Positions 10,301 through 25,300 of a DNA stretch of 64,000 nucleotides are shown here, one piece after another; within the stretch, counting starts at the first letter, position 1; each line of letters starts with the position of its first letter. The DNA is from Clostridia bacterium (GTDB lineage Bacteria; Bacillota; Clostridia; Christensenellales; UBA1242). Position numbers and translations under genes: made by a program. Under the pieces are notes generated by a model. The model did not search any database, was not told where the DNA came from, and was given only the letters and a program-made list of their open reading frames with translations. The stretch lies in assembly GCA_050872785.1 (NCBI GenBank), contig JBNMHO010000002.1, forward strand, positions 72,165 to 136,164. Reading direction: 5' to 3'.

Positions 10301-13300
10301 GACAGCGTAACACTTTTGAGTGACGCAGCGGGCGATTTGGCTCTTTCAACTATAAACGGACGAGATATTGATTTTGTCAAAGACGATTTGCAAAATTCAA
10401 CTGCTTACTACTCAAACGGAAGTGAACTTAAAATTACAATTCCAAAAGATAGTCTTATCTATGAAGTGAACAATGTGTTTGTTTACAAACTTTGTGCAGT
10501 GACCAAGAAATATGCAACATTCTTTGAAGAAGAAAATGGAAGAAGTGTTAGAATTTCTGTCGGGACAGATTTTGAAGACGGAACAGACAGAACGGGCTAT
10601 GCAGAAAACGCTGGGCCAGCGGACAAAATTGCAAAAGAAGACGGAAGTTATGTTTATGATACAATTATCTCAAATGGCGTAAGAGGCAAGTTTGTGCTGA
10701 CAAGCGGCGAAGACGCTCCATTTGAATTTTCAAAAGAACATTACAACTTTGATAAATGGCAAAAAAGTGACGGCGTAAACTATGCTGTGGGCGAAAGCGT
10801 TAAGATATTGAGTGATGTGACATTTGTGGCTCAGTGGGTCAAAAAAGTTTATTCGCTTAACATAAAAGACACTGTTGGTGGAAACTATGCAGGGCAAGAC
10901 GGAGTGAAAACTGTTAAGTTTGTTTATGGGCAAACTATTGACTTAAGTGACGTGTTGTATGATTTGAATACTCGTTTTGATGATGAGGCTTCAAGAAATG
11001 TCAAATTGGCAAAAAATATCCTTTATAACGGTGTGAATTTTGCTCTTTCAGACAAACTTCTTATGGAATATAGCGAGTTTGGACTTGAGGGAATTTTGCT
11101 TGAGGGTGAACTTGATGACGGCGTTGTTGAAATGACCATTACATGGGAAGAAATGACATATCAAATTGTCGTTGACCTAAACGGCGGAAGTTGGAATGAA
11201 GATGTTGAACTTTCTGAAAATGCAACTTTGCAAAATGGAAAAATTGTTTACACAGTGACATTCGCTCAAGCGGAAAACTTGAAAATTTTGTATGAGGGAA
11301 TAGAAAAACAAGGCTACACATTCTCGTCTTTCTTAAACGGAAGAAATGGCAATGTAACAAAGACTTCTGACGGATATTTCTATGCTGCGACAAGTGAATA
11401 TAATGTGTTTGACGGCGACAACATTTTGGCAACTTATGATGAAAGTTTTTCTGTTGTGTTTGACTTAAGCGGAGCAGACGAATTGGCGGAAGTTGCGACA
11501 ATCACTCAAAATGTAAACTTTGTGACTGTTGGAACAGAAAGTGACGGAGACTGGATTGAAATTACTTTGCCAGCGGCGGGTGACAGAGGTGAAGGATTTG
11601 AATTTGCTGGCTGGTGGAAAAATAACAATGCAACTGACGCAACAAATAATCTTTCAATAATTCAAAATTCCTTTGGCGAAGGGAATACACTCAAAATTAC
11701 AAGAGAAGATTTAAACTCCTACAATCTACTTGGCAAAAATGAAGTTGTGCTTTATGCTGTTTGGAAAGCAAAAGTTACATTTGTGGCGGGAAGGAAATTT
11801 GCTGACGGCTTTATAACTGGGGCAACTAACGCTCAAGGTGAAGCTGCTTTGATAGACATTGATTACAATTCAAACGGTCAAACAATTTCTGTAAAGGGTT
11901 TTGAAGATTGGGTTGTATGTGGCGAAATTGATGCAAATACTCTTGGAAAATATAAATTTGAACACGCAAACGGATTTGGCTTTGTGTTCGGCGGCTGGAA
12001 TGAAAACGGAAAGAGGGTTTTCTCACTTGATGTTTCCGCTCCAACAATACTTGTTGCTGAATGGGCAAGTGCAAAAATTACAATCACTCTTAGAGATCAA
12101 GACGGCAAGTCTTTTGCCCAGTCGGGGTTGACAACTGAAGAAGTTGTTATTGAAAGAGATTTTTCGACAGGCGATTTCTTAGACTTAAATAACATATACA
12201 GAACTTTTGTTGCTGCGGGCAAAACCACAACACCATATCTCTTTGGTCACAATTTTGTTGGCTGGGTTGAGGGAAGTGTCGGCATGACAAACTGGACAAG
12301 TGCAACAAGCAAAACTATCTACACTTCAAGCAATCTTCTTGCAATGCCACTTCAAGATAGCGTTTATTGTGCTGTGTTTGAAAAGGCAGATGTTGAAATT
12401 GTGGCAGATATGAACACAGAAGACGAAAGAGGGGATAGACCATTTGTTAATGATATTATTGAAACTTTCTACGGAAAATTTGGCGAACTTTACACTGTTG
12501 ATGTAAGTGACAAAAATCAATATTCTGCTCACCCATATTTTGAAATAATTTCTTGGAAAGCAAATAAAAATGGTAGCACTTTTGAAACGACATTTATGCT
12601 TGACGCAAGTGTTGTGGAATATGACGCTCAACTTAACAAATATGTGGCAAACATTGTAGCAACTTGGACAAGAAAAACAAGCACCATTGTTATAAATGTG
12701 AATGGTGGAACCATTGCAAGTGGCTACTTCAATAGTGACAGCGGCTTTGCAAATAATCTTATAAAAGTTGAATATACAACAAGACAAATTATCATTACTC
12801 AATATGTTTCAAATGACAGTTTCTTGACACTTCCAACTGCGGAAAATATTTCAAGAGAGATGTTTGTTTTGAATGGATATAATGTTGACAATGGAAAAGA
12901 CGTTTTGACCCTTGCTGGCGGAAACAAAGTTTGGAACACAGAAAGTGGCAGAATTGTTATAACTGCAAACTGGCTTGCTGTTGCAAATGTCAATGTTTAT
13001 GAAAATGCTGGGAATGAAGTTGAAAAACAAATTTCTTTCCAAGTTGTTCTTGGTGAAGGAAATGGAATTCAATTTGACGAACTTGGAAATGAAGTGTTAA
13101 TTTATAGAGCGGGTAGCGTTGAAAAACGAGTATCTTTCGCAATATTTGCAAAAACAAGTTATGAAATTTTGGGCTTCTCACTTTATAGGTCGAGTGGTGT
13201 AAATTATCAATTTGACACACTTTATTCTTTGAACAACGTTTCCACGCTTAGCATTTACACTGTTTGGGTTGGAAAAGAATATTCAATTTCAATTTATGCC

Positions 13301-16300
13301 AATGACCCAGAACTTTCCCCTGCGGAAAATAGTTCAAATGTGACTGTCCTTTCAGAAGGGTTTAGATATGGCGAAAATGTTGACATGTCAAAATTCTTCT
13401 TGAAGGCAAGCAGCACTGGCGGCTGGGTGTTTGAAAGTTTTGAAATTGAGGGCTTGGTCTTTGACGGACAAACCACAACCTTTAACCCAGAAGTACAAGA
13501 TATTGGATATAAGACAAACTACGATTTCACAACGAACTGGAAAGGGAAAGAAATTAAAGTTACATACAACTTCGGCAATGCAACCTTTACAGACACAGAC
13601 GGTCAAAGCGGAAGCGAAATTGTAAAAACTTACACCTACTCAAAGCGTTTTGGCGAAAATGGAACTATGGTCAAAACACTGACGCCTAGCGAAAGCACAA
13701 CAACCTGCGTAAGATTTGAAGACGAAGGGGCAGAACACCCACTTTATGCTTTCTCAAGTTTTGTTTCTCTTGATGAAAACGTGGAAGTTGTGAATGGCGA
13801 GTTCGAACTTCCAGCAAAAGATATAACGCTTGTTGCAAAATGGCAAAGTAGAGAAATTAAACTTGTTGTTGAACCAACAGGTGCTGCTATTGGCGAAGAT
13901 AAAGACGCAAAATTTGATTCGCTTGAAAATACTTCGGGATTTAAAGTGTCAAAAGGCATAAGAGCGGGCAAGGACGTTTTGCTTGTTGAAGAGCTTTTGA
14001 TTGGCGACAAAGTTGACCTTGCAACCCTTCCAAAAGCAGTGTGCAGCGGCGAACAATATGCTTATGTCTTCCTTAGAAATTATGCAGGCGAAGGCGTTTG
14101 CGAAGAAGGAAATAGAAGTTATATTGAAAACACAGTGTTTGAAGTGTCAAAGAATAGCAGTGTTAATTTTGACATTATTTGGAACGCAGAAAGTGAAGCA
14201 TTTGAATTGTGGTTTACACTTCTTTGGTCGCCAACTGATGTAACAGTGACTTATGTGCAATCATTGCCAGTTGTAAACGCTCCAACTATCACAGACGCAA
14301 GCGGGGACGAAGTGCTTGACGAAACATCAAACACCGTTTATGGCTACAATAACAGAGCAACGGGATATATAACAGACGCTGCAAAATATCAAACACTTGA
14401 AGTTAACAAACTTGGTGAAATTGGACACACAGAAAGAAACTCTGAAACGGGTGAAAGTGAATTTGTGTTAGGCTTCTCACTTCTTGAAGGTTACAATCTC
14501 TTTGGCTGGAAGCAAATTGGCTGGACAACTGAAAGAGATCACTCAAAAGTTGACGGAAATTACACAAAACTTAATAATAAAAACAGTTATTTCTTCTCGC
14601 CAACTGGCGACCAAAATGGGACAACAAACTTGCTTGCTTTTGAAAAGAAAACAAGTGCAGTGAAACTTTATCCAATTTGGGAACAAGAAGATTATGTTTT
14701 GAGTTTGAAAGACCAAACAAGCAAGAACTTTGACGGACAAAAAGATTTTGTTGTGAAATATGACAGTGTCTTTAGTGTGCAAAAACTTTTGGAAGACGGC
14801 GGCATAACTCTTGTTACAACTGCTTTTGACACCACAGAAAAGGTTTTCAAAAACTTTGCAAATTGGGTGTATAACGACAAGACTTTTGCAAGTGAAACAA
14901 GCCTTGTTTTCTCCAAAGATTTTGGTGGGTTTATAAATTCTGACGACTTAAGCGACACAAATAGAACTGTTACCCTTAACATGGGTTGGGAAGAGGTGCA
15001 ATACAGGCTTAAACTCAACTTGTATTTTGGTGATTATTCCGACAAGGCAAATGTATATTTCTATCGTGACGCAGACGGGTCTTGTTATATCTTGACTGAC
15101 AATGTTGTAAAATTCTCTGAACTTAAAACTGACGGAATTCTGCTAAGCAATCTTAAATCACTTCTTCTTGACGAAACAAAACTTTCAAAGACTGTTGGTG
15201 ATAATGTTTACTCGTTTGCTGGCTGGGCTTTGACAACAAGAGAAGACGGAAATATCCTAGAACCAACAAAAATGCTTTCTCTTGCAGGTGAAAAGCTTGT
15301 AATAAATGAAGATACTTTTGGCATAGGAAGCGAAGCAAACTTGGAAGAAGAATTGCTTGCATATTTAAACCCAGAAACAGCAACCATTGAACTGACTGCA
15401 ATGTGGAATTGCTACAAACTTGTTATAAATGCAAACGAAGGAACATTGACTGACACAACTTCCTCAAAACTTTGGGACGGCGAAAGTGACGGACAAGGAA
15501 ACGCTTGGACTGCGGACGCTGACGGCAATATTTGTCTTTGGACATATTATGGCGCAAACATTGTTTTGAATGAAAAAATTCTTTCTTGGTTTGCAAGGGA
15601 AAACTATTCTGCAGAAACAAAGACATTTATACATTTTGTCCCACAGTTAGACGCAGACGGAAATGTTGTGCGTGACGAGTTTGATGAAATTGTGTATGAC
15701 ACAGAAAGACTTAGTGTAAAAGATTCGACATGCGACTTTGTTGTTGTGACAAATGACAATTTGTTTGTTGAATGGATTGGAAATCAAGTTGAAATCGTTG
15801 TAAGTCCAAACTCAAAAACAAATGATGTTGAAGGAAATTTTGACAGTGCTTCTTATGCTCAATTTGAAGCAGCATACAGAGAACTGTTTAGCGAAGTTGA
15901 CAGCCTTCTTGACGCAAGCAGATCTCACAAAGTGGAAACAACTGCCGAAACAATAAATGGTGTCAGCGTTACAATTCTTAGACTTGCTGCAAATTATGGC
16001 GACCAAATTGACTGCTTCAACTTGCTTCTAGCCTCGTCCAATGGCGGAAATACTTTCTATGGCTGGACTGACGGATATCTAAATTATTCAACTGTTCCTT
16101 TTGTGGCAAAGGATAATGACAGCAACAGACTTTATGGACTTTGGAGTGCTGTTGCAATGTTCGAACTCAATGGCGGAAGATATGGACAATCGTCTTCTGC
16201 AAAAGAAGTCATTGACCCAGTTGCTCCAGAGGGAAGTGACGGGAAAATTAACCTTCCAAAGAAAATGCTAATAAATGAAGGCGGCAGCCCTTATGACGCT

Positions 16301-19300
16301 GGCCCAAGAAAAGTTGGATATGAATTTGTCGGCTGGTCGGACAACGCTGGCGGATATAAGACTTACTCTGAATATGTTGCAAAATGGAAAAATTTGTATA
16401 TTGAAGAATATATAAAATCTTTAACTACGCAAACAGAGGAAGAAAAGAATACAATAAAAAATCAACTTGTAAAAGAAGTTGTTAGAGATCACGAAGTTTA
16501 TGTTGAAAGATTTAAGACTCTTATGGGCGAAGAATATGTGACAAATCTTCTTGCAACATCGTTCAAAGTCTATGACGAAAATAAAGAATATACTCTAACT
16601 GGCGATGTAACTTTCTATGCTTTGTGGCGACAAGTTAAAGTGACTGTCACATTCTTCAAGAGCATTGACGACTACAAAAACGGTGCCGGGAACGGAACTG
16701 ACAGTATGGCAACTTATGACATTTGGTATGGCGAAACTTGGACGCTTCCAACAAAATATGACACAAGTGATTATGCAACAAAGATTTTTGGCTGGACACA
16801 TTCAACAGACGGCAAGCAAGACGCCTTTGCTGGCTGGAATGTTTACAACGCTACAAGCGAAATGAAACTATCTTCTGGCGAAACTGTAGAACTCACTTCC
16901 GACAAATTCTTCGCAAACTTAATGGACGGCGATAGTGTTAGGAAAAATGTTCACCTTGTGACAATTTGGGAAAGTGTTTCTGTAACAGTCAAGATTAAAC
17001 TTGGACCTAGCAGCGAAGATTATGCTTACTATGGCGAGAGTGCTGGGCAAGATTATGGCTATCTTGAAACACTTGTTGAGGGCGATAGCAAATATCTTAT
17101 TATCTCAAACCCATTCAGCTCTTTCTATTATCCAAACTTGGATAGAATTGTTCGCTTTGGCAAGGTTGCAAAGGGATATGTTGAACCTTATGGCTATGCA
17201 AGTTCAAAAGCTATTGTCAGCAACACAAAGAACATTCGTGCAACAACTCTCCACATTGCAAAAACTGGCGAAAGCAGATACATTGGCGAAGTGAGAGAAG
17301 TAAATGGCAACTATGTTTATGAACTTGAAGTTGTGTGGGCGGAAGCAGAATGTTTTATTGATAACTACTTCAATGTAAACACAAATATAGGTCACAAATT
17401 TTATGAAAGTTTGCAAGATGCTTTGGAAGATGTTGCCGACAAAGACAACGACACTTTTGAAACACGACAAGCAAACATTATGCTTCTTGACAAAGTTAGT
17501 TTAGAGGGCGACACAACAAAATATCACTACATTAAAAACACTGTTAACATTGGGTTAAGAAAAGTTGTTGTAGATATTTATAACAAATCAGCAAAAAATA
17601 TTGTCCTAAGACGACAAACAACTGGGGTTGCAGTTATTGTTGGCGAAAACGGCTTGTTTGCAATAAGAAACACAACTGACAACTTGTCCTTTAACATTGA
17701 AGGCGAAGGCAAGAGCGGTGATGTGTTTGTTAAAGTGGAAAGTGGTGCTTTTGAAATAACAGGCAGAATTGAAGTAACAAATTTCAACAACACTTTGTCA
17801 AGCAAAGGCTCTCTTGTTTGGGCAGTTGGCGGAAGTGTTACACTTGACGGCGTTAGTTTCAGCGGCAACATGCTTTCTGGAACAAATAGCAGTTTGTTTG
17901 GCGGCGTAATTTGTGCGGAAAGCGGCTGCAGTGTTTCAATTTCTAATGGCGAATTTAAAAACAATAGTGTAGTGGGAACTTTCTCTGACGAGAACTTGTC
18001 AACTTATGGCGGAGCGGTGGCTGTTCTTTCAAAATCTACACTTACAATTAACTCTGTAAAATTCTTGCAAAATATTTCAAGAGTTGGAAATAAAGGACGA
18101 AGTTTTGGCGGGGCAATTTATGCAAGCGGAAGTGAAGTTTCATATTACTCTTGCTATGTCACGGATACAGATGATAATGGCAATCCAAAACAAGGCAAAA
18201 ATGATATTTCCTTTAGAGAAAACAGTGCAATGTTTGGTGGAGCGATTGCAGTTGTTGGCGGACTTGACGGAACTACACTTGTTAAGAGCACATTACAACT
18301 TTCTGGACTTATTGACGAGGCAGCAGGCAAGACTTGGACTGTCATGATGTATCACAACTTTACTGACGGTGAAGGTGAAAGTGGGAATGATATTTATGCA
18401 GTTGACGCAAATGTAGATGTGACGGCAATGGCTTCACTTTGCGAAGAAGCAAAAGGCAATGGCGCTGGCATATTTGCGGGAAGCAACACAGATGCAACTA
18501 TTAAGACATCTATATTTAGCACAACTTATGCTCAAAATGGCTCGGCTATTTATTTCCGTGGCAACAGTTTGACTGTAAGTGACTCTGTGTTCAGTCAAAA
18601 TGTGGCAACATCGGGCAATGTTGTTGACGGTGACGGCGGTGCAATTTATGTTGAAGGGGCAATAGCTCAAACAGCAGTAGTCGTTTTGACTGGCAATGTA
18701 ATAAGTTATACTTGGGCAAAACGTGGCGGTGCAATTTATGTTGGCGAAAATGTTAATTTCTCACTTTCTGGCAAAGAGGGTGAACTTTCGTCAATCGAAA
18801 AAACTTATGCCGAACTGGGTGGGGCGATTTACTATGGAAGCACATATGAGGCAGAATCGCAAATAAATTACGTTTCGTTTAAGACTTCAATCTATCTTGA
18901 AGACGCAGACGGACAAAAGATTTATCCAAAGAACGGTGGCGGGATTTATGTCGCAGACGGCAATCTTGTTGTTGCAAATTCTTCGTTTACATTCTGCAGA
19001 GCGGACAACGGCGGTGCTGTGTATATTAAAAAGGGAAAAATCACTTTTAAAAATACAAACACCTTTGAAAAACTGAATGACGTGAGCAGTGGGGTTATTG
19101 AAGAAAACCCAAATCTTGAGGGAAGCGAAGAAAATGCTCTTGCAGCAAGATATGTTGGAAATAACGCAAGTTTTGGTGGTGGACTTTACATTGAAGAAGA
19201 AGGCGAGTTTGACTTCCAATCTGGCGGACTGGGATATAACACTGCAACTGCAACAGCCAGTGCAATTTACAACTATGGCAAGGTGCGACTTGGCGATGTT

Positions 19301-22300
19301 ACATTGGAAGAAAACAATTCTACAACATATATCGCAATTCTAAACCAAGGCTCAGTTGAAATTTATGGCAATGCTTTCATTGCAGACGGACAAAGAATTT
19401 TCCTTGGCACATATCTAAGCGAAACAGTCAAAATTGTTGACGGCAAGAAAGAAACTGTGACCGAAAGAAAATTCCATGAAATTACAATTTCAAAAGAAAA
19501 TTGGCTGAATAAAAAAGCAGATAGTGAAGAAGTAAATCATGTTGAAATTGACTTCGTTACAAAAAATGCTGTTATGAACAAACCTGTTGTGCAGTTTGCT
19601 TCAGTTATGGAAAACGGCGAAGAAAACAAGTCAAAACTTTACAACGCTTACAAGCAATATTTGCAAGACGGCAATGAAGAAATATTCACTTTGACACAAA
19701 GTGCTTCATTTGTCCTAAGATGTGATGACGAAAAGTTTGCTCTTGTTTTGGCACTTCACAGTTATGACATTCTCTTTATGGACTTGTCAAAAGACAGTGA
19801 CGGCAAAGTTATTGCAAGCAAAACAATTAAATGTGGCGACCCACTAAGCGATGAAACTTTGGCAAGCATAAACAGCATTAAACCAACCAATCTTCGTTAT
19901 GGCTACACATTTGTTGGCTGGGCTTATTACAATGAGTATCCAGTTGCAAGCGAAACATACTCTGACTTTGAGGGCTTGGGCGTAAGATATTCATTTAAAG
20001 ACGATGAAAAGAGTGTTGATGTTTACTCTCAAATTCTCTCTGGCGAAGGGAAGTTTAACTATATAGAAAACTTGAAAAATGTTAGAAGTGAAGCGGGAAA
20101 TGAATTTAAGTTCCCAGCACACAACTTCTATCTATATGCAGTTTGGAAGCCAAATGAATATGATGTTGAATTTGTTTATGAACCTCTAGGTCACATAAAT
20201 ACAACAATTAACAATCAAGAATTCTCATCAAACCTTGGCATGATGAATGTTCTTAAGAAGAAAGTTGGCTATGGCTTGTCTTTCAATTTGCCACTTGCAA
20301 GCGAAGTGAACAAAACATTGTTTGTGACTTATGACGATGTGACAAATGTTGAAAGAGATGCCTCAAATGTTCCACAAAGAGTTACTCTTTCAAGCGGAGA
20401 AAGTGTTACAAACTTTGAACTAGAAACTTCGGGACTGTATGCTGGAAGTTACTTCTATACAAAGCAAATTGCCTTTGGCGAAAGTGTCTTTGAACTTAAA
20501 TTCTATGTTGGCGAAAATGAGGACAGAGCATGGTCTGTGTTTATGAATGATACAGACTTGTCAAGCCCAAAAGTCACGCTTAGAAATTCACTTAACATAG
20601 ACGGCGAAGAACAAAAAGTTGACCCAAATGTTTATCCAGAAAAAGTGACATTTGAAAAAGACGGAAACAATGTTAGTTATGAAACATCTGTTGACGAAGA
20701 CGGAAGATATTTCTTTGTTGACGCCGAAAGCGGCAGAAAATATGTTTCAAGACAACTTATAAGACTTGACGGCTATGAATTCTCTAACTACAAAATCAAC
20801 GGCAACTTGGGATATGGCGCTGGCGACTTGTTTAGAATGGACGAAAGCAACCCAGACTTCAGCGACCTTGGCAGAAAAATAACTGTTACTGTTATGTTCA
20901 AAAGGCTTACAGTAAAGCTTATCCTAAACAACAATGATTCGCAAGAGGGCAGTGTGACGGCAGAAAAAGATGTGTATCCAGGCACAGAAATTTTGCTTCC
21001 AACGATGTATGACTTTGGCGAATTTGAAAACATTGGCAGAAGGGAAAATTACTCGCTTGTTGGCTTCTCAAAAAATAAAAACTATGCAGCGGACGGGCAA
21101 GGTGTTTTGTATGCTCCTGGGGATAGATATGTTGTTACAGAAAGTTCAACGGGCGTGCATGAACTTTATGCAATTTGGGAAGAGGCTGAATGTTTTGTCC
21201 AACCTACAAACAGCACAAAAGAAACTGAAAAGTGGTTCTATTCTTCACTTTCAAAAGCATTTGAAGATGTTTCATCAAATGTTTATGGCACAACTTACTC
21301 GCAATTTAACATTGTTATCCTAAAACAAAATGTTGAAGTGAAAAGCGAACTTGTAGTTCTTGCGGATGTAATTTTGAGTGCAAAAGCAGGTGAAGTTACT
21401 CTTAAACTTTCTGACGACTTTGCAGAAGGCAAGGCTATGTTTGTTGTTGGCGGAACAAGTGTCAGCGGTGACTATACAAAAGCAAAACTTACAATAGACG
21501 GCAAGAGCGGAACAAATCTTGTTATTTCGCAAGGAACAGTTAAAAATAGAAGTGAAAGTTTGATTGTTGTAAATCCAAATTCGGTGCTTAATATCTTAGG
21601 CTATACTCGCTTTGAAAACGCAACTGTCACAAGCGAAAATCGTGGCGGCATGATTACAGTGTTTGGACAAATGGGGGACGAAGGTGCTCTTTATGGTGTT
21701 GTAAATATTTCTGGAACTGGTGTTGTGTTCTCTGGAAACAGCAGCACAAACGGTGGTGCAATTTATGTTGGAAGTTATGGCATATTAAACGCTGAAGCAG
21801 ACGACAAAGACGGAATTTCTTTTGGCAAGACAAAAGATGAATATAAAGAAAACACCGCAAGTGGAAATGGCGGAGCAATTTTCGCCCAAGAAAACGCACA
21901 GATAACACTTAAAAATGTGTGGTTTAAGGAAAATGCTGCTTCTGTTGGCGGAGCTGTTTATATAAGTGCTGACTGCAAGTCAAATATTTCCGATTGCACA
22001 TTTAGCGGAAATATTGCAACGGGTTCTTCACTTGGCGGCGGTGCAATTTATTCGCAAGCAGACCTCAAACTCTCTGCAACAACCTTTATGGAGTTTGATT
22101 CAAACAACTCTCTTGGAAATGGCGGTGCTGTGTTCGCTTCGGGTGTGCTTACTTTTGTTGGCAATCCAACATTTACAAAGAACACGGCAAAAACAAGCGG
22201 CGGTGCAATTTTCGCACCACAAGGGCTTGTGTTTGACGGCGGATATTTTGAAAACAACGTTGCAAGTGAAGGCTTTGGCGGGGCTGTTTATGTAAAAAAC

Positions 22301-25300
22301 ATTTTGCAAAAAACAACAAGAAATGAAACTTTGACTGTTACATTTAAATCTAACAAAGCAACTTATGCTGGGGCGATTGCAATCATTGATTTGCAACAAA
22401 ATACATCACTCGACAACTTGTATTTTGACTCTAACGAATATGTAAACGAAGGCGGAGCAATTTATGTAGAAAACGCTGCTCCAAACTTTATGCTCACCCT
22501 TGGAAAAACTGTTAATATATCTGGGTCAAAAGCGTTGGGTGGAAATGCACAATATCAACGTGGCGGGGCTGCGTATGTGAAAAACGGGAACTTGCTATTT
22601 GAAGGCACGGCAGACGGAAATGCTGCAGTAAGTGGCGGAGCGTTCTATCTTGAAGGTTTGTCAAGGCTTGTCCTAAATGGTGCAAGGGTTCAAAACTCAT
22701 CTGCAGAAAGTGACGGCGGTGCAATTTATGTTGGCGGGTCAAGCTATATCCAATTTACTGGCGACAACACAGTTCTATCTTCAAACTTGGCTCTTCGTGG
22801 TGGGGCAATGTTTGTTAACTCCTCAAATGTAAATACAGTTATCAAAAATGTTACATTTGACGCAAATTCACTTTCTGAAACTTCAATGTTTGGCGAAGTG
22901 CTGTATATTTCTGGCAATTCGCAAGTGACAATGCAAGGAAACATTGGACTTGTTGTGGCTTCAACAGATAGTCATCAAGTTTATGTTGGAAAGAATGGAA
23001 CACTTACACTTATAAATGCAAAATTTGTAAACAGCGAAAATGTGGAAATTTCGTCAAAGACAACTATTGAATCGGAAATTCGAGGCACTTCTGTTTCGCA
23101 CGGAAAAATTGTTATGGACGAAAAGTCTTATATAACAGACATCTATTTCAGCCCAATTTCTAAGGATAAACTAAGTGCAAATATTCAAATATTGACTGTT
23201 TCTGGCAATATGTCAAGCACAATGGAAAATAGGGAAAGAATTGTTATTCACCTTTATGATGTGGCAACGGACGCAAAAATCGAAAATCTTCATATGGTGA
23301 AGTTTGACAGTTCAGACCTTGCGAGATTTGCAGAAGAATATTTTGAACTTGACGAAGAAACAAAGAAATTTGTTCTTGCTGGAAGCGGCAGTTATCTTGA
23401 CATCATAAAAATGGCGGAAGATATTACAATCGACCCAAACGGCGGCGAGATAACCTACAATGGCACAACTTACACAGAGCCATTTAAAATTCAACTTGAC
23501 GATTCAGACGACAACACCCTTAAGTTCCTTGACAATTTGTCGGGCTTTAGGGCGGGATACAAGTTGCAAAACTATTTTGACGGTTATGTTGACGGTGAGG
23601 CAACTGGCAGCAGAAGAATGAATGCTCAAACTATTAAACCTTACAAACAAGTTACATTGAAAGCAGTTTGGGAACAAAGGTCTTACGCTTACAAGTCATA
23701 TTATCAAAATGAGAAATCGGAATACATTGAAGTCGGTGGCGGGAATATCATGTTTACAGACAGGATTTATCTCACCGCACCAGCAAGACAATATCTCACT
23801 TGCATAGGCTGGAAAGTTTTCTATGTTGACGCTACAACTTCAAACTTTGTTCCTCTTATTGATAAAGTTATGGGGCTTAAAGATTCATTCTCACTAAACA
23901 GAATGGGCGAAACTGTTGAAGAAACAAAGTCGAAACTTAAACTTGTTGAAGAAAACGGCGGAACAGTTTGCTTTGTGGCTCAATATGAAGAAACAATGGT
24001 CGAAATAATTTTTGACGGCAACGGCGGAACAAGCAAGAGTGGCGAAACAATGGTCAAAATGTCCATTCCACAAAGCAGAGAATATTTGACTTATGCTTCA
24101 CTTCTTGACACATTCAGCAAGGCTGATTATGCAGTCAATGGCATTTTCACGGGTGACAATAACATTTATCACGAAAATGTTGACACAATGTATGACTTTT
24201 CTAACCCTTCAATCTGCATAAAAGACCTAACAAAGTTGACTCTTCATTGCAACTGGCAAAAGGTGGAAGCAGTTATTATCAAAAATAATGTTTCCGCTGG
24301 CGAAATAAATAGAATCAACTATGAAACAGTTGGCGAAGCAATCAAAAACCTTCTTGACGGCGACACACTTGAAATTGTTTCTAGCAGAATTGAACTTAAA
24401 TCGGCACTTGTCTTTAACAAAGCAATTTCCATAACAGTGACAGCAAGCAAACCTGTGACATTGACAAGAGCAACAAGTCTTTCAAGTTATATGATAAGAG
24501 TTGAAAACGGTCAAGTTACATTTGATAGCAACAACTCTACAATAACTCTTGACGGCAATAATGACGGAAGCACTGACGGGGCAATTTATGTGGCAAGTGG
24601 TGCAACTCTTGTTGCGGGTGATGTGCTTGTGGTGGCAAATCAAAATGTAACAAACAACGGTGCAGCGATTGCAAACAACGGCAGACTTATTCTTGTTGGA
24701 GCAAAAATTTTAAACAGCTCTACAAAGGGAAATGGCGGTGCAATTTGGAACAACGGCAGCTTGCTTGTGACTGATGTGACAATAGAAAATTGCAGTGCAA
24801 CAAACGGTGGCGCAATTTGGACAAGTGGCACAGCAGAAATTGCTGGCGGAACATTTGACCAAAACAGTGCAACAATGGGCGCAAGTGTTTATGTTGGCAA
24901 CAAAGTTGACGGAACGGGCGAAGGAATTGTTGTTCATTCTGCAACTTTCCAAAATGGCAACATGGCAACTTATGCAAGCAAAACTCTTGACGAAGTTAAA
25001 ACATATGGCGGTGCAATTTATGTGGCAGAAGGCGTGCAAAGAGTTGTTGTTGGCGTAAGCACTCAAATTATTGGCAACAAAGCAACCTATGGCGGCGGGA
25101 TATATTATGTCGGCGACAAAGTGGCTCCAGCAGTTAGCAACATTAGTTTTGAAGCGGGCTGTGTGTTAAGTGAAAACAGTGCAGTTTATGGCGGTGCAAT
25201 TTGCTTTGGCCCAGTGGAAGATAACTTTAACAATCATGTTGTAAGAATTATCTCTGCAGACATAAGGTCAAACACAGCGACCTATGGCGGTGGCATTGCA